DNA of 46,797 nt, taken from NCBI RefSeq assembly GCF_002087085.1, contig NZ_MWQY01000015.1, positions 62,001 through 108,797 of the forward strand, given 5' to 3'. The stretch's first letter is position 1. Every line of letters begins with the position of its first letter. Positions 35,849 through 45,110 of the stretch are shown here, piece by piece. The notes under the pieces were generated by a model, which did no database searches, was not told the origin of the DNA, and worked only from the letters and a program-made list of their open reading frames with translations. The position numbers and the translations under genes are program-made.

Positions 35849-37443
35849 GAATTCCCGTTATAATCGTAGAGCAGCAGCAGAAACCTGAGCTCCGCAAAGG
35901 CGTCTATCAGTCTTTCCTGGGAGGCTGCCTCAGGAGCGACGCTTCCGGGTGAAGCAGTTTCCGAACGCTCGTAGCTGTCGAAAATGTTCCGGACCTGGCG
36001 GGCAAAGCTCTCAAAGCTGAACTGCTCTTCCGCGCTGCTGACCTTCTCCGGCGCCGGTTTCCGGCCGAAGAGTCCGGATAGCTTCTCAAGTTCGTCGCGG
36101 TTGAGGTCCAGGCACTCCTTGATGAATCCGGGTGAATCAAGATTCCTTAGAATCTCGATCTGGTCCGGAACTCCCAGGAGGGCGAGGTCCGCATGGCCGT
36201 AGAGACCAATTTCCTCTATTTGCCGGTGGAGTCTCTCCCTGGATTTCAGAGGAAGATGCTCATCCAGTCCGCTCAATTTACTGCGGTATGACCGGCGCAG
36301 TTCCTCCCTTTGTTCGGGAGAGAGGGGAATCCGGAGGCTCCGATAAAATCTGCTGGAGCCGGCATCGAAAAGACCATCCATACCGTCCAGAACATCCAGC
36401 TCCCGGGCAAAGAGCGGGAGTCCCCACTGCAGGGATTCGATAAAGAGGTAGCCGAAGCCTTCCTGAACGGAACTGGCGATCATCAGATCAGAGGAGCGCC
36501 CCAGGTCGGCGAAATTTACCTCTGCCTCTTCGAGTCGCCTGCCGATGCCCCAGAGCCCGGGAATCAGTCCGTCCCGGTAGGCCTTTTCCACCGCCCCGGA
36601 ATAGCGCCGTTCGCTGCTTGAAACCCCCGGCAGGGTAACGATCAGATTGCAGGCTTCGTTTCTGGAGCTGGCAATCAACCGTGTCCATACTCCCGCTTCC
36701 AGAACGTTCTTGCGCCGGATAGTGCGAACGGGATAGAAAAGGTTCAGACCCCGGGGATCGTAGACCCCTGCATCCGGAAAAGCTGTCCGTAACCGTTTTT
36801 TGATACCCTCTGTGTCCGTGGGCGTTTCCCTGACATCTGTGCCGCTTTTTCGGACAGGGTTGTTGAGAAGAAAAAGGTCATCCGGGGAAATTCCTGACTG
36901 GGCCAGAAGCTGCCGGTCCCGCTCGTTTATAAGGGCATAGCGGACATTGGGGCCCTGGGGGTAGGGGTTCAGGCTTATTCCGGTGTTCAGGCGCTGGAGA
37001 TTTTCGAAGCGGGCGCATTCGGGAAAGTCATGAATATGAAAAAGGAGCCGCTGATGGGGATCTTCCTGCAAAATTTCCAGAATCGCCTGGGTGAACTGGG
37101 GGTTCTTTCCCAGATGGTAGTTGTGTATCCACCAGAAACTGCCGGTAAACCTTCTCAGATGCTTCTTTATGCTCGACACCGATGGAGAAGATGCCATCCC
37201 GGTCACATATCCGATATCGGGAAGAACTGCAGTTTTTACTGTCACCCCGGTACCGGCAATTCTTGTTCTTATGGATTCTGCAACCTCTCCGGTATTCTCC
37301 GTCGTCCCTGAGACCAGGGTCATATACTCCAGTTCCGGTATATGTCGTGCCATGGCTTCCGCCGACAGGGCTATAACGCTGTTTACTCCGCCGGGGAGCA
37401 GGTGATAATGGAAGATTGTTATTCCCGTTACTCTGTTTCCCAT
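35845..37443 (-). CDS. Uncharacterised GT-B (GT4-like) glycosyltransferase
   Basis: HYHLLPGGV, HNYHLGKN, HIHDFPE, YPVRTIRRKN and SVQEGFGYLFIES (E-x7-E donor motif). Start placed at ATG 37443 (GAGG RBS); GTG 37455 is possible. Confidence 0.8.
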   Translation of the reverse strand: MGNRVTGITIFHYHLLPGGVNSVIALSAEAMARHIPELEYMTLVSGTTENTGEVAESIRTRIAGTGVTVKTAVLPDIGYVTGMASSPSVSSIKKHLRRFTGSFWWIHNYHLGKNPQFTQAILEILQEDPHQRLLFHIHDFPECARFENLQRLNTGISLNPYPQGPNVRYALINERDRQLLAQSGISPDDLFLLNNPVRKSGTDVRETPTDTEGIKKRLRTAFPDAGVYDPRGLNLFYPVRTIRRKNVLEAGVWTRLIASSRNEACNLIVTLPGVSSSERRYSGAVEKAYRDGLIPGLWGIGRRLEEAEVNFADLGRSSDLMIASSVQEGFGYLFIESLQWGLPLFARELDVLDGMDGLFDAGSSRFYRSLRIPLSPEQREELRRSYRSKLSGLDEHLPLKSRERLHRQIEEIGLYGHADLALLGVPDQIEILRNLDSPGFIKECLDLNRDELEKLSGLFGRKPAPEKVSSAEEQFSFESFARQVRNIFDSYERSETASPGSVAPEAASQERLIDAFAELRFLLLLYDYNGNS

Positions 37444-37614
37444 ATGCTGCCTCACAAAAGGGAGTGTTTCTCTGCTGCACTATAGTACAACCTGGGGAAT
37501 TTTTATGAAAGGTCATGTTGAATAGCAATTGCCATATTTTAAATTGCTGCCTGTTGCAAAACCCCGGAAGCGGTTCTAAGCTGATAAGGACCATATATTT
37601 CAGGGAGGAAAGCG

Positions 37615-39339
37615 ATGTCCCAGTCGATTCGAGAGCTTGTCGAGTTTATTTACGGCCCCGAAAAAGGAGAATCTGTTGTCTCCGCCCTGCTCGACAGAGT
37701 AGAAAAGCGGGTTGCCATGATCTCTGCCCCGCCGGTGCGGGGAGAAGGCCGCCTTCCCCTGAATGAGTCGGATTCCTTCATGATTACCTACGGGGATCAG
37801 TTCAGGCGGCAGGACAGGCTTCCCCTTGAATGCCTGAAGGATTTTGCAGAGGAGAAACTCTCCGGCTTTCTGTCAGGGATCCACATCCTGCCCTTCTTTC
37901 CCTACACCTCCGACGACGGTTTCTCCATCTCCGATTACGAAAAGGTGCATCCCGACTGGGGCAGCTGGGAACAGGTATCGGGAATCGGTTCATCCTTCAA
38001 GCTTATGTCCGATCTTGTTCTGAATCACTGTTCCGTATCTCATCGCTGGTTCAGGGGATTCCTGGAGGACGATCCCCGGTACCGGGATTTCTTTATCAGC
38101 GTCGACCCGGATACAGACCTCTCCATGATTGTACGTCCCAGGGCCCTGCCGCTTCTGACTCCCTTTGAGACCGCCACGGGGACAAAACACGTATGGACTA
38201 CATTTTCCGCTGATCAGGTGGACCTGAACTTTGCCTGCCCGGATGTTCTTATCGAGATGATCGATGTCTTCCTGTTTCATGTGCAGATGGGGGTCCAGGT
38301 TATCCGCCTGGATGCCATCGCCTACCTGTGGAAGGAAATCGGACACCCCGGCATCCATCATCCCAAAACCCATGCCATGGTGCGCCTCTTCCGCGCCATT
38401 GTCGAGAGGTACGTACCCTGGGTCATTATCCTTACCGAAACCAACGTTCCCCATCGGGAGAACATCTCCTACTTCGGCAGCGGGGACGACGAAGCCCACA
38501 TGATCTACCAGTTCAGCCTGCCCCCCCTTACCCTGGATGCATTTCTGCGGGAGGACGCGGGGCACCTCAGGGACTGGGCCGCCACCCTGCCGCCGGTGGA
38601 CGGAAAGACCACCTACTTCAACTTCCTCGCCTCCCACGACGGGGTGGGGGTTACCCCGGCCTACGGGATTCTGAGGGACGAGGAGCTTAGCGGACTGATC
38701 CGGAGCGTGGAGGAGAGGGGCGGACTGGTCTCCTACAAGGCGGTCAAGGGGGGTAAGGTCCCCTATGAACTGAATATAAATTACCGTGACGCAGTCGCAG
38801 GGGACCAGGCGGAACCTCAAAAGATCGCCGCGAAATTCCTGGCGGCCCAGTCCCTGCTTCTGGCCATGCCAGGGGTTCCGGGTATCTACGTCCACAGCCT
38901 CATCGGTTCAGGCAACTGGACCGAGGGTGTCCGGCAGACCGGAATGAACCGGACCATAAACCGGCAGAAGCTGCAGCTCGACGAGGTTCTGGCGGAGCTT
39001 TCCGCCCCGTCCTCATTGCGGGCCCTGATATTCACGGGATATACCGGGATGCTGAGAATCCGGGGGGAGAAAAAAGCCTTTCATCCGGCTTCTCCCTTCA
39101 AGGTGCTGAAAGCGGAGGGCCCTGTCTTTGCCCTTCTTCGGGGAGATATACAACGGGGCAGGGTGCTCTGTCTGGTAAATGCAGGCTCCCGCCGGGCGTA
39201 CTGGAAGGTGGATCCCGCAGCGGAGCTCTCCGGTGAACTGACCGATTGTCTCGGGGGACAGCATTTTAACGGGGCTTCCGACGGTATAGACCTCGAGCCC
39301 TTTCAGGTCCTCTGGCTGGAACCCCTGAGTCAGCCTTGA
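37615..39339 (+). CDS. GH13_18 phosphorylase, most likely glucosylglycerate phosphorylase
   Basis: ITYGDQ, SDDGF, WTTFSADQVDLN, RLDAIAYLWK (nucleophile), TETNVPH (acid/base plus N), FLASHDG and PYELNINY (E rather than the Q of sucrose phosphorylases). Confidence 0.85.
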   Translation: MSQSIRELVEFIYGPEKGESVVSALLDRVEKRVAMISAPPVRGEGRLPLNESDSFMITYGDQFRRQDRLPLECLKDFAEEKLSGFLSGIHILPFFPYTSDDGFSISDYEKVHPDWGSWEQVSGIGSSFKLMSDLVLNHCSVSHRWFRGFLEDDPRYRDFFISVDPDTDLSMIVRPRALPLLTPFETATGTKHVWTTFSADQVDLNFACPDVLIEMIDVFLFHVQMGVQVIRLDAIAYLWKEIGHPGIHHPKTHAMVRLFRAIVERYVPWVIILTETNVPHRENISYFGSGDDEAHMIYQFSLPPLTLDAFLREDAGHLRDWAATLPPVDGKTTYFNFLASHDGVGVTPAYGILRDEELSGLIRSVEERGGLVSYKAVKGGKVPYELNINYRDAVAGDQAEPQKIAAKFLAAQSLLLAMPGVPGIYVHSLIGSGNWTEGVRQTGMNRTINRQKLQLDEVLAELSAPSSLRALIFTGYTGMLRIRGEKKAFHPASPFKVLKAEGPVFALLRGDIQRGRVLCLVNAGSRRAYWKVDPAAELSGELTDCLGGQHFNGASDGIDLEPFQVLWLEPLSQP

Positions 39340-39354
39340 TCAGGCAGAGGAGGT

Positions 39355-40608
39355 TCAGGCGCCGAAAAAGGTTTTCAGCAGAAAATGGAGGGCCTCTTCG
39401 GCCATCTCGTAGGAGTAGTACTTCCGGGCGATGGCGTAGTTTTTATCCGCCATGCGGCCGACCCGGTCGGGATCGTCCAGAATCTCCCGGGTAAGGGCTA
39501 CGATCCGGTCCGACAGGTATTCGTCCATTTCTATAACCTCAAAGCCCTTGGGTTTGATGTCGTGGGAGTAGATTGAATAGTTATTCACCATGATGGGCCG
39601 CCGGAAATAGATGGCCTCCAGAAAGGCGTTGCCGAAACCTTCGAATATGGAGGGGTAGGTAACCAGGTCCGCAAAGGGATACACGTCGTAGAGGGTGTAG
39701 GTCTTCCGGCCGTCGGCGGTATATTCGCGTTTTTCCCGGATAAGGTCGTCCACGAAAATGGCTCGAATTTTCATGAGGTCGGCGTAGTCGTGGACCCGCT
39801 GCTGATACTCGTAGCCCTCGTCGCCGGAGGCGTGGGAGATAACCAGGGCGGCCTTGCGTCCAAGCCGTGCCACCAGCTCGATGGCGTGTTCGATGCCCTT
39901 GCGCTGTACTACCCTGGTGGGCTGAAGAATCAGCAGTTCGTCATCATCGATGGCGAAGACCTTCCGGACATCCCGGTTCCAGTCATCGATCCCCGGTGCC
40001 GGAGTGGCGTAATCCATCACGTTCGGAATCAGGGTGGAGTTTATGCCGGTCCTCAGGGCCAGCTGGTTCTGGGCGGATGAATTGATGACCACGTGCTGAA
40101 TGCTGTTCAGGTGCGGTGGGTAACAGGCGTTGAAGTAGTCCCAGACACAGTTGCGCAGAAAGCGCTTGCGTTCCCAGAAAAAATCATGGTGATGGGCAAT
40201 GGTGGGAATTCCGGTCTCGGCGATGGTCTCGGTAATTGCCATTCCCAGGGGAATATTGAGGGGAATGGTCAGGGTGTTTTCCGGAACCAGCACATCCAGG
40301 GAAAACTTGCCGATAAAGGCGGCGATCTCTTCCTTGAGACGCTCCCGGTACATATGGAGCTTCTTGGTCAGCTTCGGCGGACGAAACTGATTATTGAAGC
40401 ATTCCTGGTATATCTCCTTGATTTCGCCGGTCTGAAAATGTGCCTCCGGGGCAATAAAGGAGACTGCCGGAGGGGTATCGAGTTCTCCCGCCATAAAGAA
40501 GCAGCGGTGCCCCATGCGTTCCAGAATATGGGCCCATTTCTTGGTTTCCAGGGAGACTCCGTCGGTGCCGGATATCCTGAAAGACATAAAACCGATGTTT
40601 TTTCCCAT
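39355..40608 (-). CDS. GT4 glycosyltransferase, mannosylglucosylglycerate synthase (MggS)-like
   Basis: RISGTDGVSLETKKW, IPLNIPLG, HHHDFFWERKRF, LQPTRVVQRKGIEHA and YPSIFEGFGNAFLEA. Confidence 0.78.
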   Translation of the reverse strand: MGKNIGFMSFRISGTDGVSLETKKWAHILERMGHRCFFMAGELDTPPAVSFIAPEAHFQTGEIKEIYQECFNNQFRPPKLTKKLHMYRERLKEEIAAFIGKFSLDVLVPENTLTIPLNIPLGMAITETIAETGIPTIAHHHDFFWERKRFLRNCVWDYFNACYPPHLNSIQHVVINSSAQNQLALRTGINSTLIPNVMDYATPAPGIDDWNRDVRKVFAIDDDELLILQPTRVVQRKGIEHAIELVARLGRKAALVISHASGDEGYEYQQRVHDYADLMKIRAIFVDDLIREKREYTADGRKTYTLYDVYPFADLVTYPSIFEGFGNAFLEAIYFRRPIMVNNYSIYSHDIKPKGFEVIEMDEYLSDRIVALTREILDDPDRVGRMADKNYAIARKYYSYEMAEEALHFLLKTFFGA

Positions 40609-40633
40609 AGATCCTTCGCCCTGCCTGCCTGTT

Positions 40634-41605
40634 TTATTCCCCGGCGGCGATAACTATTTCGACCCGCCGGTTGAGGTATTGTTCTTCAGTCTGCATCGTT
40701 ACAGGTTCCCTGGCTCCGATTCCGCGGACATGGGCTGGCTGAACATCGATTCCGTTCTGCCGCAGGTAATCGGCGACCCCTTCTGCACGAAGCTCGGAAA
40801 GCTCCTGTCTGCCTTTTTCCGTTCCGTGGGGGGCGCAGTGGCCGGTTATGGTAATTTCAGCCTCCCTGTATCGCCGCAGTTCCGGGAGCAGCCTGTCCAG
40901 GGCGGCCCGTGTTTCAGCTGTAAGGACGGCACTGTCGGGGGTAAAGTAGAGCACCTGTTCAAGAGGACTCGGCGGAACAGCAGGGGCTTGACCTGTCTCT
41001 TCCTTCACAGTCGTTTCCACGGTTTCCCGATCTTCAGCCGCAGGGCTTGATACCCGGGGAGGAGTCTGTTCCTCTACAGCGGGGGCGGCCGGGACAGTCT
41101 GTCTTGACGGTGGTGGAGCGGGCGCCGGAGAAGTCGTCTCCCTCCTGACAGCCGGGGTCCGGGAAACCTCTGCTGTCGACAATGAGTTCGAGCTGGTCTG
41201 CAGCCGGGTAAAGAGGAAATAGCCGCCCAGCCCCAGAAGCAGGGCAAACACCAGGATTAACAGAAACAGCAGAAGCCTGCGTCCGGCTCCGGGGAGTCGT
41301 ATGCGGTCGGTGATTACCTGTTTCCCGTTCAGGCTGAGTTCCACGTCTACCCTGCGGTACCCGCTTTTCTGGGTGCTGAGTCCGATTTTCGGTACCCCCG
41401 CTTTGGCTTTCGGGATCGGCTTGATGGTGTACTGCTTCAGTCGCAGGTCCAGGCCCGCGGCATCCCGGGTATAGAGGGTGACGACGGCGGTACGCTGATA
41501 GTCCTGAATAGTAGTGAGATTCAACTCCCGAAAACTGTCCTTATCGAGATCAAAGAACGGGATCAGACTTTTGTTTTCAATTTGCACATAGATTTTTTGA
41601 TCCAC
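40634..41605 (-). CDS. Bitopic protein: Hsp70-SBD-like N-terminal domain, TM, Pro/Thr-rich linker, OmpA-like peptidoglycan-binding domain
   Basis: C-terminal YFTPDSAVL...ITGHC...ELSELRAEGVADYL...GIGAREP...LNRRVEI; single TM at about residues 110-132. Confidence 0.85.
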   Translation of the reverse strand: MDQKIYVQIENKSLIPFFDLDKDSFRELNLTTIQDYQRTAVVTLYTRDAAGLDLRLKQYTIKPIPKAKAGVPKIGLSTQKSGYRRVDVELSLNGKQVITDRIRLPGAGRRLLLFLLILVFALLLGLGGYFLFTRLQTSSNSLSTAEVSRTPAVRRETTSPAPAPPPSRQTVPAAPAVEEQTPPRVSSPAAEDRETVETTVKEETGQAPAVPPSPLEQVLYFTPDSAVLTAETRAALDRLLPELRRYREAEITITGHCAPHGTEKGRQELSELRAEGVADYLRQNGIDVQPAHVRGIGAREPVTMQTEEQYLNRRVEIVIAAGE

Positions 41606-41794
41606 ACTTCATATTGTATGCGCTATCCGGCTCAGGTCAAGTCTAATTCCCCTCCATATAATCAGAAGGCAAAGACTGCAGATTTTGTCTCTTGTTCCGA
41701 TAATGAATGTAGGAATCTTTTTAAAGAGGGGTTTTAGGGTTTCGCTGCTGATTCCAGGGAAATCTTACAGGCTTACCAGAGACAGGAGGCCCAT

Positions 41795-43606
41795 ATTCTT
41801 TTTTCAGGGGTTATCTTAAAAATTATCGAGGAAATCTCCGACGGTTTTCTGATCATGGATCAGAACAGGGATATCCTGTTTTTCAACGAGGTCCTGCTGA
41901 CCAGGACGGGCTGGCGGAGTATGGATATCTTTACCCGCAGGGAGGAGTTCCTCTCCTATCTGGATATCAAACCCGGCGACGAGATGAAAAAACGGATAGA
42001 AATTCCTGATGCCGACGGAGAATCCCGTTTTTTCCTGCTTAACTCCTTTTTCGTGCAGTCCCAGGAGGGCGGGTATACCCTGGTCAGCCTTGTGCAGGTG
42101 GAAGCCGGGGATGTGGATGATGCGGAGGGGTATCGGGAACGCTATGATCTTCTGTTCAACAACATCGAGGAAGCCTTTTTTACCACCGATCTGAAAGGCC
42201 ATATTCTTTCGGTTAACCCAAGTTTTTGTGATTTCTTCGGATACTCCCTGGATCTGGTACCGGAGACAATAGACAAGCTGTACGCTTCACGGGAGAGCCT
42301 GGAAGAGAAGATTGACTGCCTGCAGACCTATTCCCTGTGCCGGGATTTTGACACCGCCGTACTCTGTGCCGATGGTGCCCATAAGCGGGTCCTGGATACC
42401 TCCTGGGTGAACTGCAGTCCCGAAGGGCAGCCCGAAGGCTATACCACTCATCTGAAGGATGTCTCCTATCTGAAGAATATTGAATCGAGGTTGATGATCT
42501 CGGAAAAGAACTTCACCACCCTCTTCGAGACCATCCTTTCTTCCATCGTTATTGTCGATCCCCTGGGGATGATCCTCAACATGAACTCCGCCGCCGAAAA
42601 GGCCTACGGCTACTCCTGGGAAGAAATTTTCGGCGAGCATTTTGACGCTGTATTCAGGGCAAACAAGAAGTCCCCCTCGTTTTCCAAGCTGGCTTCCATC
42701 GTGGACCGCAACGACGGCCACTACATTGATCCCGAAGCTGTACGCAAGTGCCGGGACGGAGAGATCAAATATACCTATGCTTCCTATTCGGCCATAAAGG
42801 ATTCAACCGGGGAGCTGGTGGCCTATTCGGTTGTTGAAAAAGACCTGACCGAACGGATGAACCTGGAGAAGAAGCTCAAGGAAACCATCACCAACCTGAA
42901 AAAAACACAGTCCGCTGCTATTATGGGCTTTGCAAAACTTACCGAATACAGGGACAAGAGTACCGGAAAGCACCTTGAACGGATCCGGGAATATACCAGG
43001 GTCCTGGCTGCAAAACTCCGGGACCTGCCCCAGTACCGGGATTACATCACCGATGAGTACCTGGAGGATATCTACATATCCGCGATTCTGCATGATGTGG
43101 GAAAGGTGGGTATCGAAGACCAGATCCTTCTGAAAAACGGACCGCTCTCCGAGGATGAGTTCGAGAAGATCCGGGAGCATGTGGTGCTCGGAGGCGAGGC
43201 TCTGCGGGATGTGGAGCGACAGATGCAGCAGGAGTCCTTTCTGACCATAGGAAAGGAGATCGCCTATTACCACCATGAGCGCTGGGACGGAAAGGGCTAC
43301 CCCGAAGGCAAGAAAGGACAGGAGATTCCTCTTTCCGCCCGTATCGTTGCCCTGGTGGATGTCTATGATGCCCTGACCAGCCGTCGCCCCTACAAGGATG
43401 CCCTGGCCCACGAGGAGGCTGTGGAGATGATCCGTCAGGAGCGGGGCAAGCATTTCGATCCCCAGATTGTCGATATCTTCGTGGAAAACCAGGAGGTTTT
43501 CCAGCGGATCAGACGCTTTGTCGAGTTTGAGGAAAACCCTGAATCGATCCATGATCTTCTGCAGCGGTCCAACGGGGAAGAGTCAAAGCTTGACGAAGTA
43601 AGATGA
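41795..43606 (+). CDS. PAS-domain HD-GYP cyclic-dinucleotide phosphodiesterase (true start uncertain; first ATG is 41855)
   Basis: Three PAS-like segments, HDVGKVG, HHERWDGKGYP and DVYDALTSRRPYK. The open frame extends upstream of ATG 41855 with PAS-like IIEEISDGFLIMD. Confidence 0.9.
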   Translation: MLFSGVILKIIEEISDGFLIMDQNRDILFFNEVLLTRTGWRSMDIFTRREEFLSYLDIKPGDEMKKRIEIPDADGESRFFLLNSFFVQSQEGGYTLVSLVQVEAGDVDDAEGYRERYDLLFNNIEEAFFTTDLKGHILSVNPSFCDFFGYSLDLVPETIDKLYASRESLEEKIDCLQTYSLCRDFDTAVLCADGAHKRVLDTSWVNCSPEGQPEGYTTHLKDVSYLKNIESRLMISEKNFTTLFETILSSIVIVDPLGMILNMNSAAEKAYGYSWEEIFGEHFDAVFRANKKSPSFSKLASIVDRNDGHYIDPEAVRKCRDGEIKYTYASYSAIKDSTGELVAYSVVEKDLTERMNLEKKLKETITNLKKTQSAAIMGFAKLTEYRDKSTGKHLERIREYTRVLAAKLRDLPQYRDYITDEYLEDIYISAILHDVGKVGIEDQILLKNGPLSEDEFEKIREHVVLGGEALRDVERQMQQESFLTIGKEIAYYHHERWDGKGYPEGKKGQEIPLSARIVALVDVYDALTSRRPYKDALAHEEAVEMIRQERGKHFDPQIVDIFVENQEVFQRIRRFVEFEENPESIHDLLQRSNGEESKLDEVR

Positions 43607-43657
43607 GGATGCTACTGTCCGAAAAATTCCCATTGCTTTGAAGAAGGAAGTTCCCCC

Positions 43658-45100
43658 ATGAGCACAGAGGGTAAAAGCTTTTTCCGCCAGCTGGAAGAAC
43701 GTATTGCCTCCTCGGCATCTTTGTTGTGTGTCGGTCTTGATCCCAGAGTCGCCCCGGGAGAAGGCGCTGCACGAAAAATCCTGGAAGAAAACCGGCGCCT
43801 CATCGAAGCTACAGCTGAGTACACCGCCTGTTACAAGCCCAATATAGCTTTTTATGAAGCTCATGGCGCAGAGGGAATAGAGGCGCTGGAAGAGACCCTC
43901 TCCATTGTTCCGAAGGAGATCCCGGTAATCCTGGATGCCAAGCGGGGAGATATCGGCGCCACCGCGGAAGCCTATGCGAACCTTGTTTTTGACAGGCTCG
44001 ATGCCGGGGCGGTTACCTTGAGCCCCTACATGGGTAAAAGCTCCGCTGAACCCTTTCTGAACTACCCCGGCAGAGGCTTCTTCTTTCTCTGCCGTACCTC
44101 GAATCCCGGAGCCGACAGGCTGCAGGAATTGAGGGTCGGGAGTTCCGGAGGAGACCCTCTTTTTATAAAAATCGCAGATGAAGTAAGCGGATGGTCCGCT
44201 GACGCCGGTATTGTCGTCGCGGGGAATGATCCCGCCAGCCTTGCCGCAGTGCGCCGCCGCTTTCCGGAAATATGGATCCTGGCCCCGGGAATCGGCGCCC
44301 AGGGAGGAAGTGTGGAAGAAGCGGTGGCCGCCGGCCTGGCCCGGAGCGGTTCCCGGCTGCTCCCCGTTGTCGCCAGGGGCGTATCGGGAGCAAAGGATCC
44401 TGCCGCCGCGGCCAGAAAGTTCCGGGATGACATCAACCGTGCCCGGGAAAAAGTCCTGAAGAACGGTGTAGGCTCCAAGGCGCCTGTCAGGGCCAGGGAT
44501 TATCGCAAGGAGGAGATCTTTCAGGGACTGGTGGATACCGGGTGTTTCCGCCTGGGGAGTTTCACCCTGAAATCCGGCATTGTCTCTCCTTTCTATCTCG
44601 ATCTGCGCCGTATATCCTCATCTCCCAGGCTCATGCGCCAGGTCGCCCGGGCCTACGCCTCCATTCTTCCCGACCGAAAGGACCAGAAAATCCAGCGCCT
44701 TGCCGGTATCCCCGTAGCGGCTCTGCCCTTTTCAACGGCGATCTCCCTGGAAACGGACATCCCGATGGTCTATCCGCGCATGAATGCCAAGGGCCACGGC
44801 ACCGGCAATACCGTGGAGGGAGGATTCGTTCCCGGCGAACGGGTTGTTCTGGTGGACGATCTTATCACCACAGGCAAGAGTAAAATAGAAGCGGCGGATA
44901 TCCTGCGAAAGGAAGGGCTGCTGGTGGAAGACCTGGTGGTCCTGCTCGAACGGGGCAGACAGGGCAGAAAAGACATGGAACAGAAGGGTATCCGGCTGCA
45001 TGCCTATGCCCAGGCGGAGGAGCTGTTTCAGTATCTCCTTGACAGGGGTATTATCGGTGAAGAAAAGCATGCCGAGCTCGTGGCTTTCATAGCCGATTAG
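43658..45100 (+). CDS. pyrF: Bifunctional OMP decarboxylase / orotate phosphoribosyltransferase (PyrF-PyrE fusion)
   Basis: N-terminal LCVGLDP, YKPNIAFYE, DAKRGDIG and LAPGIGAQGG; C-terminal FTLKSG..SPFYLDLR and VLVDDLITTGKS (PRPP motif). Confidence 0.95.
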   Translation: MSTEGKSFFRQLEERIASSASLLCVGLDPRVAPGEGAARKILEENRRLIEATAEYTACYKPNIAFYEAHGAEGIEALEETLSIVPKEIPVILDAKRGDIGATAEAYANLVFDRLDAGAVTLSPYMGKSSAEPFLNYPGRGFFFLCRTSNPGADRLQELRVGSSGGDPLFIKIADEVSGWSADAGIVVAGNDPASLAAVRRRFPEIWILAPGIGAQGGSVEEAVAAGLARSGSRLLPVVARGVSGAKDPAAAARKFRDDINRAREKVLKNGVGSKAPVRARDYRKEEIFQGLVDTGCFRLGSFTLKSGIVSPFYLDLRRISSSPRLMRQVARAYASILPDRKDQKIQRLAGIPVAALPFSTAISLETDIPMVYPRMNAKGHGTGNTVEGGFVPGERVVLVDDLITTGKSKIEAADILRKEGLLVEDLVVLLERGRQGRKDMEQKGIRLHAYAQAEELFQYLLDRGIIGEEKHAELVAFIAD

Positions 45101-45110
45101 GCGGTGGAAT

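Noticed and set aside
37615..39339. Sucrose phosphorylase call
   Set aside because: The acceptor-loop residues (TETNVP, PYELN) fit glucosylglycerate phosphorylases rather than the EIH/YQ pattern of sucrose phosphorylases.
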